Shown one piece after another: positions 11,301 to 22,690 of a stretch of DNA of 64,000 nt. Position numbers and translations under genes: made by a program. The notes under the pieces are model-generated. The model had not been told where the DNA came from. It ran no database searches and saw only the letters and a program-made list of their open reading frames with translations. Numbering within the stretch: position 1 is the stretch's first letter; every line of letters starts with the position of its first letter. The DNA lies in assembly GCF_902652985.1 (NCBI RefSeq), contig NC_047025.1, positions 12,338,001 to 12,402,000 of the forward strand, read 5' to 3'. The stretch is from Pecten maximus. Lineage: Eukaryota.

Positions 11301-14300
11301 TTAAACTATGCAAGAAGAAAAACACAATAAATCATATGTGGTCTTTTCGGTCCATTGCGTTCCGCTTCGGGTGGTTAGTCGTATTGTCACCTATAAAAAT
11401 GGCGGGTCAACAGTACGAAATTTTGACTAGCGTTAAGCGAGGGTCTATACGGACGGAATAAAACGATCTAGATGGTACTAAATTGGTGTTCTGGGGTAAA
11501 TATATTGTATTTGCACCAAATTCTTAGCGACACCAAACGGTGTTGGATAATTCCACGTTTTCATATAGTAGTTGACTCTGGCCCTACACCAGACAGGGTG
11601 ACTGAGGGCCAGAGAAAACTTGGGCTACTATTTAGGGTACATAGGAGAGACCGAAATACAAGTGTAGGTCTTCTGCCCTCGTTGCAAAACTTTCTCAAAT
11701 ATTTCCTTTGTATCCTGTCTAGTATGTCTTTCTGTGCTTTGTTTTCTGATTCAAGGTGTCCCCGTGACACCTGTCCTTACATGCTCCTAGCTGTTCCAAG
11801 GATGCTAAACCCCTCAAAACAAAGCAAACAACTAGCAGTTACCACATAGAGTAACTATTAGGCCTTATATATAATCACTATCACATATTTTATTTTCTAC
11901 ATAAAATGTACTTCAGGATAGGCTACGCCATCGCTGAAAGGCTTGGACAGGATGGAGCAAAAGTGGTGGTTAGCAGCAGGAAACAGAAAAATGTAGATAC
12001 AGCAATAGAAAAATTAAGGGCCAAAAATCTTGATGTGTATGGTACAGTATGCCATGTAGGGAAAAAGGAAGATAGAGCCAGTCTTATCAAACAGGTAATT
12101 ACTATCCTGGGTACGGAGACACCATATCTAGACTAAATGAAATTAATTACTTGATTCTCAGGCCAATTTTGGTAAAAAGAGCTGAGGAAGGGAATTATTT
12201 TTTTTTATAATTCTATTGTTGAAAATGCAGATAATTTTTTTCGTTTTGTTTTTTTTTTCAAAACAATCATTATCCATTTTCATATTCCAGGTAAACTTCT
12301 TCAAAATGTGGGAAACAATGATATATAACAGTACTTTGTCTTAGTTTCATATTAATGAACACGTTATATTGTTAAATGTAATGCATATTACAAGATTAAT
12401 GTTGGTGATGTTTTTTTCCACACATTCTTTTCCCAAATTTCCAACCAGGAAAATTATATGAGATGAGGGTCGTTTTCACTTCAGAGCAGATGAGGGAGAG
12501 TCTTAGAACCAAATTTTTTTTTTTTTTTTTTTTGCCTTATCCGCAAGTAAACCTTATAAAATCTTATATGGGTCTGTAAAATGGACAGGGATATCTTTGA
12601 ACCACAGTGTATAAATTTGGCTGTTCAGCACCAGACGAGCAATATGATATCTCTGTCCACAGAACATACAAATGTACACGTTTGATTTTTTTTTTCCCTT
12701 CACATAATCATCGAAAAACAAAATTCTAGACATATATATGTAAATATTTAATTTGTCTTCTAAAACACAGAAATCCTTGCGCTGAGAAGGAATTCCCAAT
12801 TCACAACGATACAATGAATTCATGTCACTATTTCATTATGACATGACGTCATAGTGTGTGTCACCTGTCTCACACCTGTCTTTACCTGCCCTGGTAGACA
12901 GATTTTTCTTCCCTAGCAACCAGGGGATCACATGTGAAGGGCGGGAGAAATTAAAAACTTTGTCTGTTTTATGGATCAAATCTCTTAAAGACTTTGGTAG
13001 GGATATGATAGTTTAATAAATGGTGCATGGTAGGAATGTGATATTTTTATAAATGGTGTAGACTAACATTTGATATATAAAACCTTGTGGTGTAATATAT
13101 TCTCTTTTTCCAGACCCTGGACCAGTACGGTGGAATTGATATTGTGGTGTCTAATGCAGCTGTAAACCCATTCTTCGGTCCAACGTTAGATGTAAATATC
13201 CTCTAGATTATAATATCTGAGCTTAAATTACCGATATAACATTCAATTAGCTTAACGATAGTTTTGAACAACCAAGTACAGCTCTGAAGTGTTAAGATTT
13301 CATTTTAGATTGCTTGAATTCATTTATGTTAATTCTAGACTTTTGTCTTTTTAAAAATCTGTGATATAAGTTAATATCTCTTTTTCTCAAAATAAAAATC
13401 TAAGAAAAAAATCTTCAGTTGTATTAAATTTTGACCTGAATCATATTATTTCAAATTATAAACAACATTATTATACAGTGAGAAGAATATCAAAATAAAT
13501 TTCATCATTAATTTTTCAGTGCTCAGAAGAACAATGGGATAAGGTAAGTCTAAAATTGGAGTTTATATAAAGGAATGAAATTGTTATCAGATGCAATATT
13601 GAATTGATTGAATATTTTATTGTGATAAGTTAATTTGTCATTATTTAGGTTTGTTTTTATTACAGATATTTGATTTGAATGTAAAGGCAACATTTATGAT
13701 GATCAAGGAGACAGTTCCCCATATACAAACCAGAGGGTATGTTGGCTTGACAAGAATACCAAAGTTGAATTTCATTTCATTTGAGTTTAGCAATGTTATG
13801 TTTAATTTCAAAAAAAATTAACCTAATATGCCTCATGCAGTAACAATACTTCACATTCCAACAATCACATATTTTATTTCACACATTCATCTTCTCATAG
13901 CAACATCTCTAATCTTATTTCACATATGTATCATCATATAGCGTACCCTACTTAACATAATTACTGTCACATTTAGATTTCACACACTGCTCTTCACATA
14001 ACTTAACTACTTGTGCCTTACTTTACAATGCAAACTTCCCATGTCAGATTTTACATATTATTCTTCACATATTGCTTCACATAGCAACCTTCAGCACATA
14101 TCAACCTTCACATATTTTCTATTTCACATAACTTACACATAGGTACTGTACACTGTAGTTCTTAACAACTTTCTTCTTCCTGATGTCTCCCTTGACAATG
14201 CCTCACTTTTGGTCTTTAGTTGAGCGTTCGCTGCTGTGAGGAAGGCTTTGGGTTCTGTCCCCTAGCCGAGACATACCAAAGTCTTTAAAAATGGTAGTTG

Positions 14301-17300
14301 CTACTCCTGCTTAGCGCTCAGCATACAAGGAGTGGGACGACTGGTTCGCCCGTTGTCAGTATAATGTGACCGGGTGGGGTGTGCTGCTGGGTGTCTTCGG
14401 CAGTATGCTTCAGTGAGGTAGCACTATAAATCGGCCAAAAGTCCCGGCCTATCACAAGGAGACTTAACACGAACATACCGCAGCCTCCCAAAACACACAT
14501 ACGCACTCACCACACGCATGCATGTCCAACGCACGGGAGGCCGTCCTTAAATGACCTTAGCTGTTAATAGGACGTTAAACAAAATAAACCAAACCAAACC
14601 AAACTGTAAGAGAATGACCTCCAGTGCTTATTATCCCCTGCTGAAAATGTTACAGTGGATGTTCTATCAAAAAAATATTTTGTATGTCAATATCTTTGAT
14701 TGGTTCAAAATTGAAACAAATTAATATTTTATGTACAATACATCCACATGCTGGTTATGCCTTCTCAACAGAACTGGAGAATAATTCCCAATTTTTATGT
14801 TTCCTCTTTTCAGTGGAGGGTCCATTGTGGTAGTGTCGTCCATTGCTGGTTTTAATCCTATTCCGGTACGTACATATATTTATACACATGTATAATTAAC
14901 TCTTTTCTGAAAATGTATTTATTTTGGCATAGTCAATTTTTAGCTCAAACAGAATATAAACAAATTAGCGCCATGTAAATTGATGCTACAACAATGCTAA
15001 CAATAGAAAGGAATGTACTATGAGACTACAATTAGTGTAATCATAATTTAGTGGAGTGATCTCAGCGAAGATAGCCTTAATATAGGATTGTCACGAAAAT
15101 AAGATCACCACTAAAATATGTATGTTTACGGTAATAATTCTGTCACAGTTTGATTTGCTCGGTTCTATATGCATTACATTATGTACCTGTATATAGTTCT
15201 CAAAACCGACACTAGTTTAAATAACCTGATGTGTTGGTGATATGTGTATAGTCCTTACCCTCCTCTTTATCTTTACGGGGACACGATAGCTCAGTCGTTT
15301 AGAGCGTCGGCCATGTAACCTCAGAAGATCTGAGGTGAGTGGTTCGACGCTCCTTACCAATGTCAGTTTGTGGTTTCTGGGAAGCTGAGAAAAAGACCGG
15401 TCTGTTCTGTCATTGTTGTATCCTTGGGCAAGACTCTTTACCTTGATTGCTCTGGATGGCATGTGATGGGCCTCCAGAATGTTGTTATTGAGGCAGTCAC
15501 CAACTACTACAACTCAAAATGACTGTGGCTGTTCACTGGTATGATAAACCCAGCAAAGAAACAAACAAATGTTATCTTGAAATGTTATTTTGAAGCTACT
15601 TCAACTATAGTTACCTGTAACACAGGGATTTGGCACATATTTCCAACCCATGGTCCATAATATTATGTATATACATATATGTACTGTATGTGTTCATCTA
15701 ATACATTATGTAATAACAGTCGGTTGGAAATTCATGTCATGTAGTTTACAACAGGCAGATTTGTCAACAGTCAATGGATGTGTTATCTTGGAATCAAGGT
15801 CCATCAAGATTTAAGCCTAAAATGTTACACAAAGAAAAAAGCAAACTGATTTGTCTGCATAAACAAGCAGATCCCTGTACAGTAAGGTGGCCCAGCCTCA
15901 GACTGGTGTTTGTATTCAGTATTGCTAATGTCTGTTGCAGATGCTGGGACCTTATTCCGTCAGTAAGACAGCTTTACTTGGACTGATCAAGGCACTGGTT
16001 CCTCAGCTGGCCTCCATGAATATCCGCATCAATGGACTTGCTCCTGGAATCATCGACACTAACTTCAGCCAAGCAGTATGTCTTCAAAAACAAATATCCT
16101 GATTTTAACTTCCATGATTATTATATTTTTAAATTTAATTTTGATTTCAGTTATTCAAATCAAATGCAATTTAATTGTCTTTGAATTGTGAACTTTTGAG
16201 GTCAGGATGCCAAGATTTAAACAATTGAAGTCACTCTTTGAATTTGGATAAAACATACTGTAGATAGACATACATGAATTGTAACAATAACAATATCCTG
16301 TTTTGTGTGGATATAACTGATAAAGTTTTGCTTTTTACTTCTTCCAGCTGACAAGCACTGAAGAAATTGCCAAACCTATTTTATCGAATGTACCTTTAAA
16401 TAGGTAAGGAGTATTATATATGGGATGACAATTTTGATATGATTCAGTGTGGAAATCAAACCACTTTTTACAGACATACAGTACAGCGTAGAGACTCAGC
16501 TTTCAGGGCTCTATACCAAAGTATAATGTCCAAAACGTGGGAAATGTACATCTGAATATTTTATTGTTGATATCACAGACTTCTTGTATGAAGGCATCAT
16601 AGAGTTTTGGTAAGCTTGCAGGATCGTGATGTATTCATTACTGAATTATGCACTAAGAAAGGAATTTCATACATACAAAAAGGGCAATATAGCTTTAAAT
16701 ATCCTTGGTGAAAACTTTGGTGGAAACACATTAATGTAACAAGTGCATGAAGTATGTTTTGGTTTGATTCTTATTGTTTAACATCCATCAACAGCTATGA
16801 GTTTGTTTTGACATATTAACAGTGTTGTTCTAACTTATAGATATTATCTATGTATCTATCATAAAACTTTCTTATATATAAATGTACATGTATACGAGAT
16901 ATGTATATAAAGCAAACACTTTTCTATTGTCATAATTTATATAAGTTATACAATGTTCCAAGGTATATAACCTTGATTTGACCTAGATTTGCATGGTTAT
17001 AGGGTTGTCAATGACTCAGAAGATGCTTACCCTTCCTGACCACCTGGTCTTTCCCTTCAATGGTCTCAATGTAAAGAAATAGTTTGTTCATATCTTGCCC
17101 TCATTTTTTCAATTTCATGTTAGAACTACATTTTTTTTTTGCAAATCAGTATTCTCAACAATGTGTGTTGAATACTATGTCGTTGAGATTCAAGTCATTT
17201 GATGATTCTGTGCCGATTTGATTTCCAGGTTTGGACAGCCCCATGAGTGTGCTGGTATTGTGTCATTTCTATCGTCCGATGATGCGGCTTATATAACAGG

Positions 17301-17343
17301 AGAGACTGTGATGGTCACTGGTGGAATTCCAGCTAGACTTTAG
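8345..17343 (+). CDS. DHRS4: DHRS4-like short-chain dehydrogenase/reductase, copy B (9 coding exons, ~275 aa, with N-terminal extension)
   Basis: Exons: 8345-8463, 11917-12094, 13114-13191, 13520-13543, 13666-13736, 14814-14865, 15941-16075, 16348-16403, 17229-17343. Exons 2-9 have the same sizes as in copy A (178/78/24/71/52/135/56/115). Motifs TASTDGIG and YSVSK are present and the protein ends PARL*. A second in-frame ATG lies at 8399. Confidence 0.93.
9326..11020. mobile_element. Non-autonomous Crypton-like element, same family as 30084-31223
   Basis: 14-bp perfect terminal inverted repeat TAAATATTTACATT...AATGTAAATATTTA. The left ~150 bp matches 30085-30260 and the right ~160 bp matches 31081-31220. 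Confidence 0.65.
9709..10609. mobile_element. Nested non-autonomous DNA transposon, Kolobok-like (TTAA target, AGGGAC termini)
   Basis: TTAA|AGGGACCTCACGGTAAAC ... GTTTATCTTGATGTCCCT(T)|TTAA: an ~18-bp imperfect TIR flanked by TTAA. Confidence 0.55.
11021..11500. mobile_element. ~480-bp MITE with ~100-bp TIRs (TTTACCCCAGAACACC...), flanked by TA
   Basis: 11021-11122 is the reverse complement of 11398-11500. TA is present at 11019-11020 and 11501-11502. Confidence 0.8.
14210..14604 (+). mobile_element. tRNA-derived SINE, Meta-domain type
   Basis: Degenerate tRNA head, central ATACCAAAGTCTTTAAAAATGGTAGTTGCTACTCCTGCTTAGCGCTCAGCAT, and 3' tail CGTCCTTAAATGACC...GGACGTTAAAC followed by (AAACC)n. 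Confidence 0.8.
15277..15569 (+). mobile_element. tRNA-derived SINE, CORE type
   Basis: A box TAGCTCAGTCG, B box GGTTCGACG, CORE-like TGTATCCTTGGGCAAGACTCTTTACC, and an (AAAC)n tail. Confidence 0.78.
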
Positions 17344-17379
17344 AGGAGCTGTGATAAAATTATCAAAACTCTTGAGTGA

Positions 17380-17868
17380 CTGTAAACAGAGACCTGTGAA
17401 AAGAGACATGTAAACAGAGACCTGTAAACAGAGACCTGTAAGCAGAGAACTGTATATAGAGACATGTATACAGAGACAGACCTGTAAACAGAGACCTGTA
17501 TACAGAGACCTGTAAACAGAGACCTGTATATAGAGACCTGTATACAGAGACCTGTAAACAGAGACCTGTAAGCAGAGAACTGTATATAGAGACATGTATA
17601 CAGAGACAGACCTGTAAACAGAGACCTGTAAACAGAGACCTGTATATAGAGACCTGTATACAGAGACCTGTAAACAGAGACCTGTAAACAAAGACCTGTA
17701 TATAGAGACCTGTATACAGAGACCTGTATATAGAGACCTGTAAACAGAGACCTGTAAACAAAGACCTGTATATAGAGACCTGTATACAGACACCTGTAGA
17801 GACCTGTATACAGACACCTGTAAACAGAGACCTGTATACAGAGACCTGTAAACAGAGATCTGTATATA
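17380..17868. repeat. 14-bp minisatellite (CCTGTAAACAGAGA)n immediately 3' of the DHRS4-B stop codon
   Basis: About 35 units. A 130-bp higher-order duplication is visible (variant block at 17441 repeated at 17571). Confidence 0.95.
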
Positions 17869-18820
17869 CTGTTATTTAGGAGTAATTATGAGAAAATTTG
17901 TTTTGGAATGAGAATATAATGACTGTTTGTTAAAGTGTTCACTCTAATGTAAAAACTATAGATTGAATTAGATACTAGTTTTATCGGTATTATTGATGTA
18001 TTGTAAATGCATGAGGTGTTTGGTAGATAACAGGAATTCGTGATATTTCTAACTCATATTCGTGTAATTTGTTCATTCATAATATATATTGAACAGTATG
18101 ATTTATATATAGATATAGATGATTATTGATTGTCAATTATGATATGTTTTTGATACTTGAAAATTGATAATTATGATGTTTTTATATTAAATATTTTGAT
18201 AGATCATATCAGAAATCCGTTGTTTTGTTACAAGACCCTAATTCTAGCGTTTTGAAGTTTCATTTTGTTGATTGAAACTAACATACTCGTATAATGTACA
18301 ATCTCCAAAGTCCTGACCAGTCTTTGTAGAAACAGGCAACTAAAGGTGAAATCCTGGATTTCACCGAAAGCCTACTATATATACGTCACACTGGCATTAA
18401 ATAACATAGCTTAACATACTTGGAAATAAACCACGATGATTAGAAGTTAAATAAACTACTTACTCACAAATGGGATCGCCTACTTCACATCCTCCACGGA
18501 AAGGTCAACTCGACAGGTCAGTCTGTTCTTACTTTATATTTACTTTTAATTTGTTACAGTACTTTGGAATTTATTTATATTCAGATCGATCCAATTATAG
18601 TAAAATTTATTTAAGAGATTTTGATCAAACACATAAGTTGTACCACAAATATGTTGCTACACATTTCTAGAATCAATTTGAACATCGTCACTATACTGGA
18701 GTATATTGTTATCTCTCCTAGATCATTTAGGAAAGGCCGTCTGAAAACTTTGTCTTATCTGTTCTATTACTGGGTTCGCTGTTGGACCGACCTCATTTTA
18801 CTTACTGTATACAGGTAAAC

Positions 18821-21256
18821 ATGGCATGGCGCCCTGTTATAACCTTATGTATCCTTATGTTAGGTGACTCCATGGTGATAGGGAGTCCCTCCACGGCTGT
18901 TGACGGGGGCTCTGATGTTGAGATGCGTGAAATAAGATTTCTGTTACAAAAACACCAGGTTCAAATAGGTAATATTAATTTTTATTTTACTCCAAAAACT
19001 TCTTTGTCGTATTCCTCTTTTCCACTTATTCTTTGAACAAATTCCTGTAAAATCATTTTAAATATTTTTAATACAATGCATAAATGTAAACTTTACTTAT
19101 TTTACAACAATTAAGAAAAAAACGCATACATTAGCTTAATGAATATTAATCACTGCAATTGACCAAGACCTTGAAAGTGCGCGAGGGGTCGAATTTCTAG
19201 TTATTGCGAGATAAAGAGTTTGATTCTGAACGTAATGATTTCTGCTGTAGGGTGGCGTTACGTTGGCATCGTATCGGATTAATGTTACCCCAATGATATA
19301 AGTCATACACCCAAGATATATCGATAAATCACAGGCGTCTGCGTCCAGTTAATGGTTAAGATAAAATAATATTGCTACTATACTATATCAACATCTTAAC
19401 CATTAACCGGACGCAGACGTCTGTGGATAAATGCAACCCTTTCATTCTCAATCCCTCACGTATGGCTAATACGTACGTTATCTCTGTAAAAATCCACTCC
19501 CTCTTAACAGAAGCACTTCAAAGGGAAAACACTCTGCTCGAAAAGAAATCTACGATTCTCCAGGAGAACGTCGTGTCACTACAAGACAAAAATACGGCGC
19601 TTGAAGAAAAATCGATGACACTTGAAGGGAAAGGTATGGCGCTAGAAGAGAAAGTTTTGACGCTTGAAGAGAAAGTTGTGACACTCGAAGAGAAAGTTGT
19701 GACACTCGAAGAAAAAGTTGTGACGCTCGAAGAGAAAGTTGTGACACTCGAAGAGAAAGTTGTGACGCTCGAAGAGAAAGGTATGACGCTCGAAGAGAAA
19801 GTCTTGACGCTTGAAGAGAAAATCATGACGTTGGAACAGAATGATCCTTATACTGATCAGAAAGAAAACATCAAAGCTGGCTATAACATAATTATAGCAC
19901 CACATCGTTCGTCGGCATCAAACAGTAAAATCAGATCATTGCCAAAATACGAAGGTACGTAAATTTTAAACTCATCAGTCCAACTTCACCTTCCATTGTG
20001 ATAGTTTCAACCAAGCTTTCTTCACATACAGCATTTATACATTTGTATATCAAAGTTGATTTGATATTCAGGAATTTCTTTTATCACAAATCCGTGTGCA
20101 GAAAGTCGACTGCTGATGGGTAATACTTTCCTCGCCGAAGAACACTGACGAAATCTTTATGGTCGCAATCACAGAACATATTTTCTAACGATAAAAGAAA
20201 TAATGTTTGCTTCATAAATGTCCCCTGCGGTTACATTGTAACTTCCATGGTTGTCCTATATGAACAATATTTTACTTAAATGACGTAAAAGCTAATTGAC
20301 CCTACTCGACCACCTGCATACATACTAGGTGAAATCAGTATTTAAATGTCTATTTCTTCGGCTAATTCAAACCATTGTTTACCCCAGGTGGTGCCATCAA
20401 GAAAATAAACGCACGTGTCGGTAAGGAATGATATCTTTATTCTATTGTTTTACATTCAATGTTTACAGTTCAAAACTAGTGTTTTTCCTATATACTGTCT
20501 CTGTATATTAATTATCGTATGAAATCATTAACTGCGGACATGTTAATTGTACAGACAGGTTCCTACTGGTCGTCTTAAAGCTAAATTTCAAATATTTGAA
20601 ATACTTACTGGAAGTTTTTTCCCATATAAATCTGAATGTAAACGCGGTCGCATGTCTATTTTGTTATCGTTTTCTCCATTGTGCTTACATGATAAACTTT
20701 TAACGTAACATTTGTGATTAATTAACTGATCTAGGTCACAACACCTGTGGAAGTAATTCATTATGTCTTGTTTCTTACTTAAGTCACACTCGATAACTGT
20801 ACTGTACAACTTTGGAAGGTTTCCTAGAAATCGAATCGTTATTTTTCAGACACTACAACCGACAGCATGATAGCTTTCCACGCCATTCTCACACATATCA
20901 TACCCGATCCTGCTACAGACCATATCATTCTGTTCGACAAAATCGTCACAAATATCGGTGGCCATTTCAGACCCAAATCTGGCGTGTTCACTTGTGTGGA
21001 AGTTGGCGTTTACCATTTCTCGTGGATGATCAAAGTTAACTATAACCAGTTCATGATTACAGAGCTGGTCCGTAACGGTGTCGTTATAGGGACAGGCACA
21101 AGTGGAGATGATGCCTATTGGACAACGGGCTCAGCGTCAGCAATCACCATGCTGGCACCAGGCGACGAGGTATGGGTACGAGTAACGGCCAATCATGCTG
21201 CAGGAGCAGACATTTACCCTACGTTTACCATGTTCAACGGTTTTCTTATACACTGA
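18821..21256 (+). CDS. Secreted coiled-coil C1q-domain-containing protein (C1qDC) 1, 4 coding exons, ~343 aa
   Basis: Exons 18821-18968 (signal peptide), 19511-19954 (LEEKVVT heptads), 20388-20420, 20850-21256 (gC1q: IAFHA..FDKIVTNIGGHF..SGVFTC..GVYHFSW..GDEVWVR..FNGFLIH). In phase, 1032 nt. Confidence 0.92.
19330..19425. mobile_element. 96-bp MITE, 33-bp TIR (CACAGGCGTC...), 7-bp TSD GATAAAT (P-element-like signature)
   Basis: TSD at 19323-19329 and 19426-19432. TIRs read directly. Confidence 0.8.
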
Positions 21257-21865
21257 CTTTAAAAATTGCATTTGTTTGTGCCTGTCAATGGACTTTAGAG
21301 CCTTTGAATGATTTATTGAATCGCTTTGAATTTAGTAAATAGATGTTGTTTGCGCTCAAACGCGAGGCGATACAATCGCGAAGACAAAGAAGTCACGATG
21401 AGATAAAGGAATTGTAAAATCAATTAATTAATGCCGGCATGTTCGTATTGTAACGGATTGTAAACAAGACAACCACAATAAAACATCTTTTGATATTTGA
21501 TTAGTTGTTTATATTGTCAAAAATATACTAGGGGAGTGATTCTGTTGTTTCAGGAACCGTTCTGTAAGTTGAGCAAAAAAAACTAAATATATCTTTCAAA
21601 CAGATATCTATATGCTCCAGACTACAACAGTAAAATTACGTTTTTCAAACACAAAATTAGAATATTAAGATTCTTTATCAAGTCAAGAAAAATCAAGAGA
21701 AATCATTTCAAAATCGCAACAGATTAGCGCACTGAAGAATTTGCCCATCCTAGTATTTTCTTTAGTAAAAGTACACTGAAATATATAATATATGTACAAT
21801 TCGTATCCATGTATGTAAATACATTGCGATCCAGGTATTCATATCATCTTATAGACGACTTCCAC

Positions 21866-22060
21866 AATGATCATGTCAGGGTATCGGGCCGACCATCACT
21901 ATGCCATTGAAACGTTCTTTTTTAAGAACGCCGATGTGGCGTAGCGGTATAAGCTGCGGGTATTTCTGGCTAGGCGATTGGATGCCGTAGATCGTGAGTT
22001 CGAGGCCCGGTCAGGGCACGAGTCAGAAAGTTGTCATCCTTCGTCATTTGTGTTGCCAAG
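21866..22060 (+). repeat. ~195-bp dispersed repeat with an internal tRNA-like segment (copy 1)
   Basis: Closely matches 29861-30055. A-box-like TGGCGTAGCGG and B-box-like GAGTTCGAGGCCC are preceded by ~65 bp of shared leader. Confidence 0.8.
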
Positions 22061-22690
22061 TTATATATATATTCATGCAATAAAAACTATTTATGTGCAA
22101 TAATTGTAAATATATGTGCAATAAAATTGTATTGCATATAAATATTTTTATTGCATGTTTATTTATTTTATTACACATACACCAATGTATGTTTAAAAGT
22201 ATTGCACATAAATATATTTTATTGCATATATATATATATATATTATTGCATATATATTTAGAATTATTGCACATAAATACTTTTTATTGCACATATATAT
22301 ATATTGTTGCACATACATTTAAGTTATTGAATATTGCAACGTTTGGCACGCCATAGCCGGTCAGAAGATTTGATTTTTCAATGATTGTCGTGTTTGAAGG
22401 GCTACGGATAAGGTCGTTTGATAGTTCTTTTTTTTTTAACCACACGTCGATAGATAGCAAAAATATTCTATTAGATCATCTGTGTGATTTATATTATTGA
22501 TCAAGAGCACAGTAACCTAATGATATTAAGTACAGGTTATTTTTAACTGTCTAGTCTAGTTTTCAGATGTCATTCATCAAGTCTTGTGTAATCTCGCTTA
22601 CTCCTTTGGAAATGCTAGAAACTGTCTTATCTGTTCTATAAATTAGGTGCGCTGTTGAACTTGCCTCATTTCATATAAACGAATGTAAAC

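Larger units (their letters stand above)
8963..11824. repeat. Pair of ~320-bp near-identical inverted repeats (8963-9285 and 11503-11824) enclosing nested transposon insertions
   Basis: The arms are reverse complements with only scattered substitutions. The mirrored ORFs 8959-9189(-)/11472-11849(+) and 9017-9226(+)/11561-11770(-) confirm this. Confidence 0.92.

Noticed and set aside
8959-11849. Paired ORFs in the inverted arms as a duplicated small gene or toxin-antitoxin pair
   Set aside because: They mirror each other only because the DNA is an inverted repeat, and show no recognisable domain or splice structure.
17269-17817. 182-aa and 132-aa minus-strand ORFs
   Set aside because: They are translations of the 14-bp minisatellite.
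19518-19905. Antisense ORFs with FSSSVTT or FECHNFL repeats
   Set aside because: They are shadows of the heptad-coding exon on the opposite strand.
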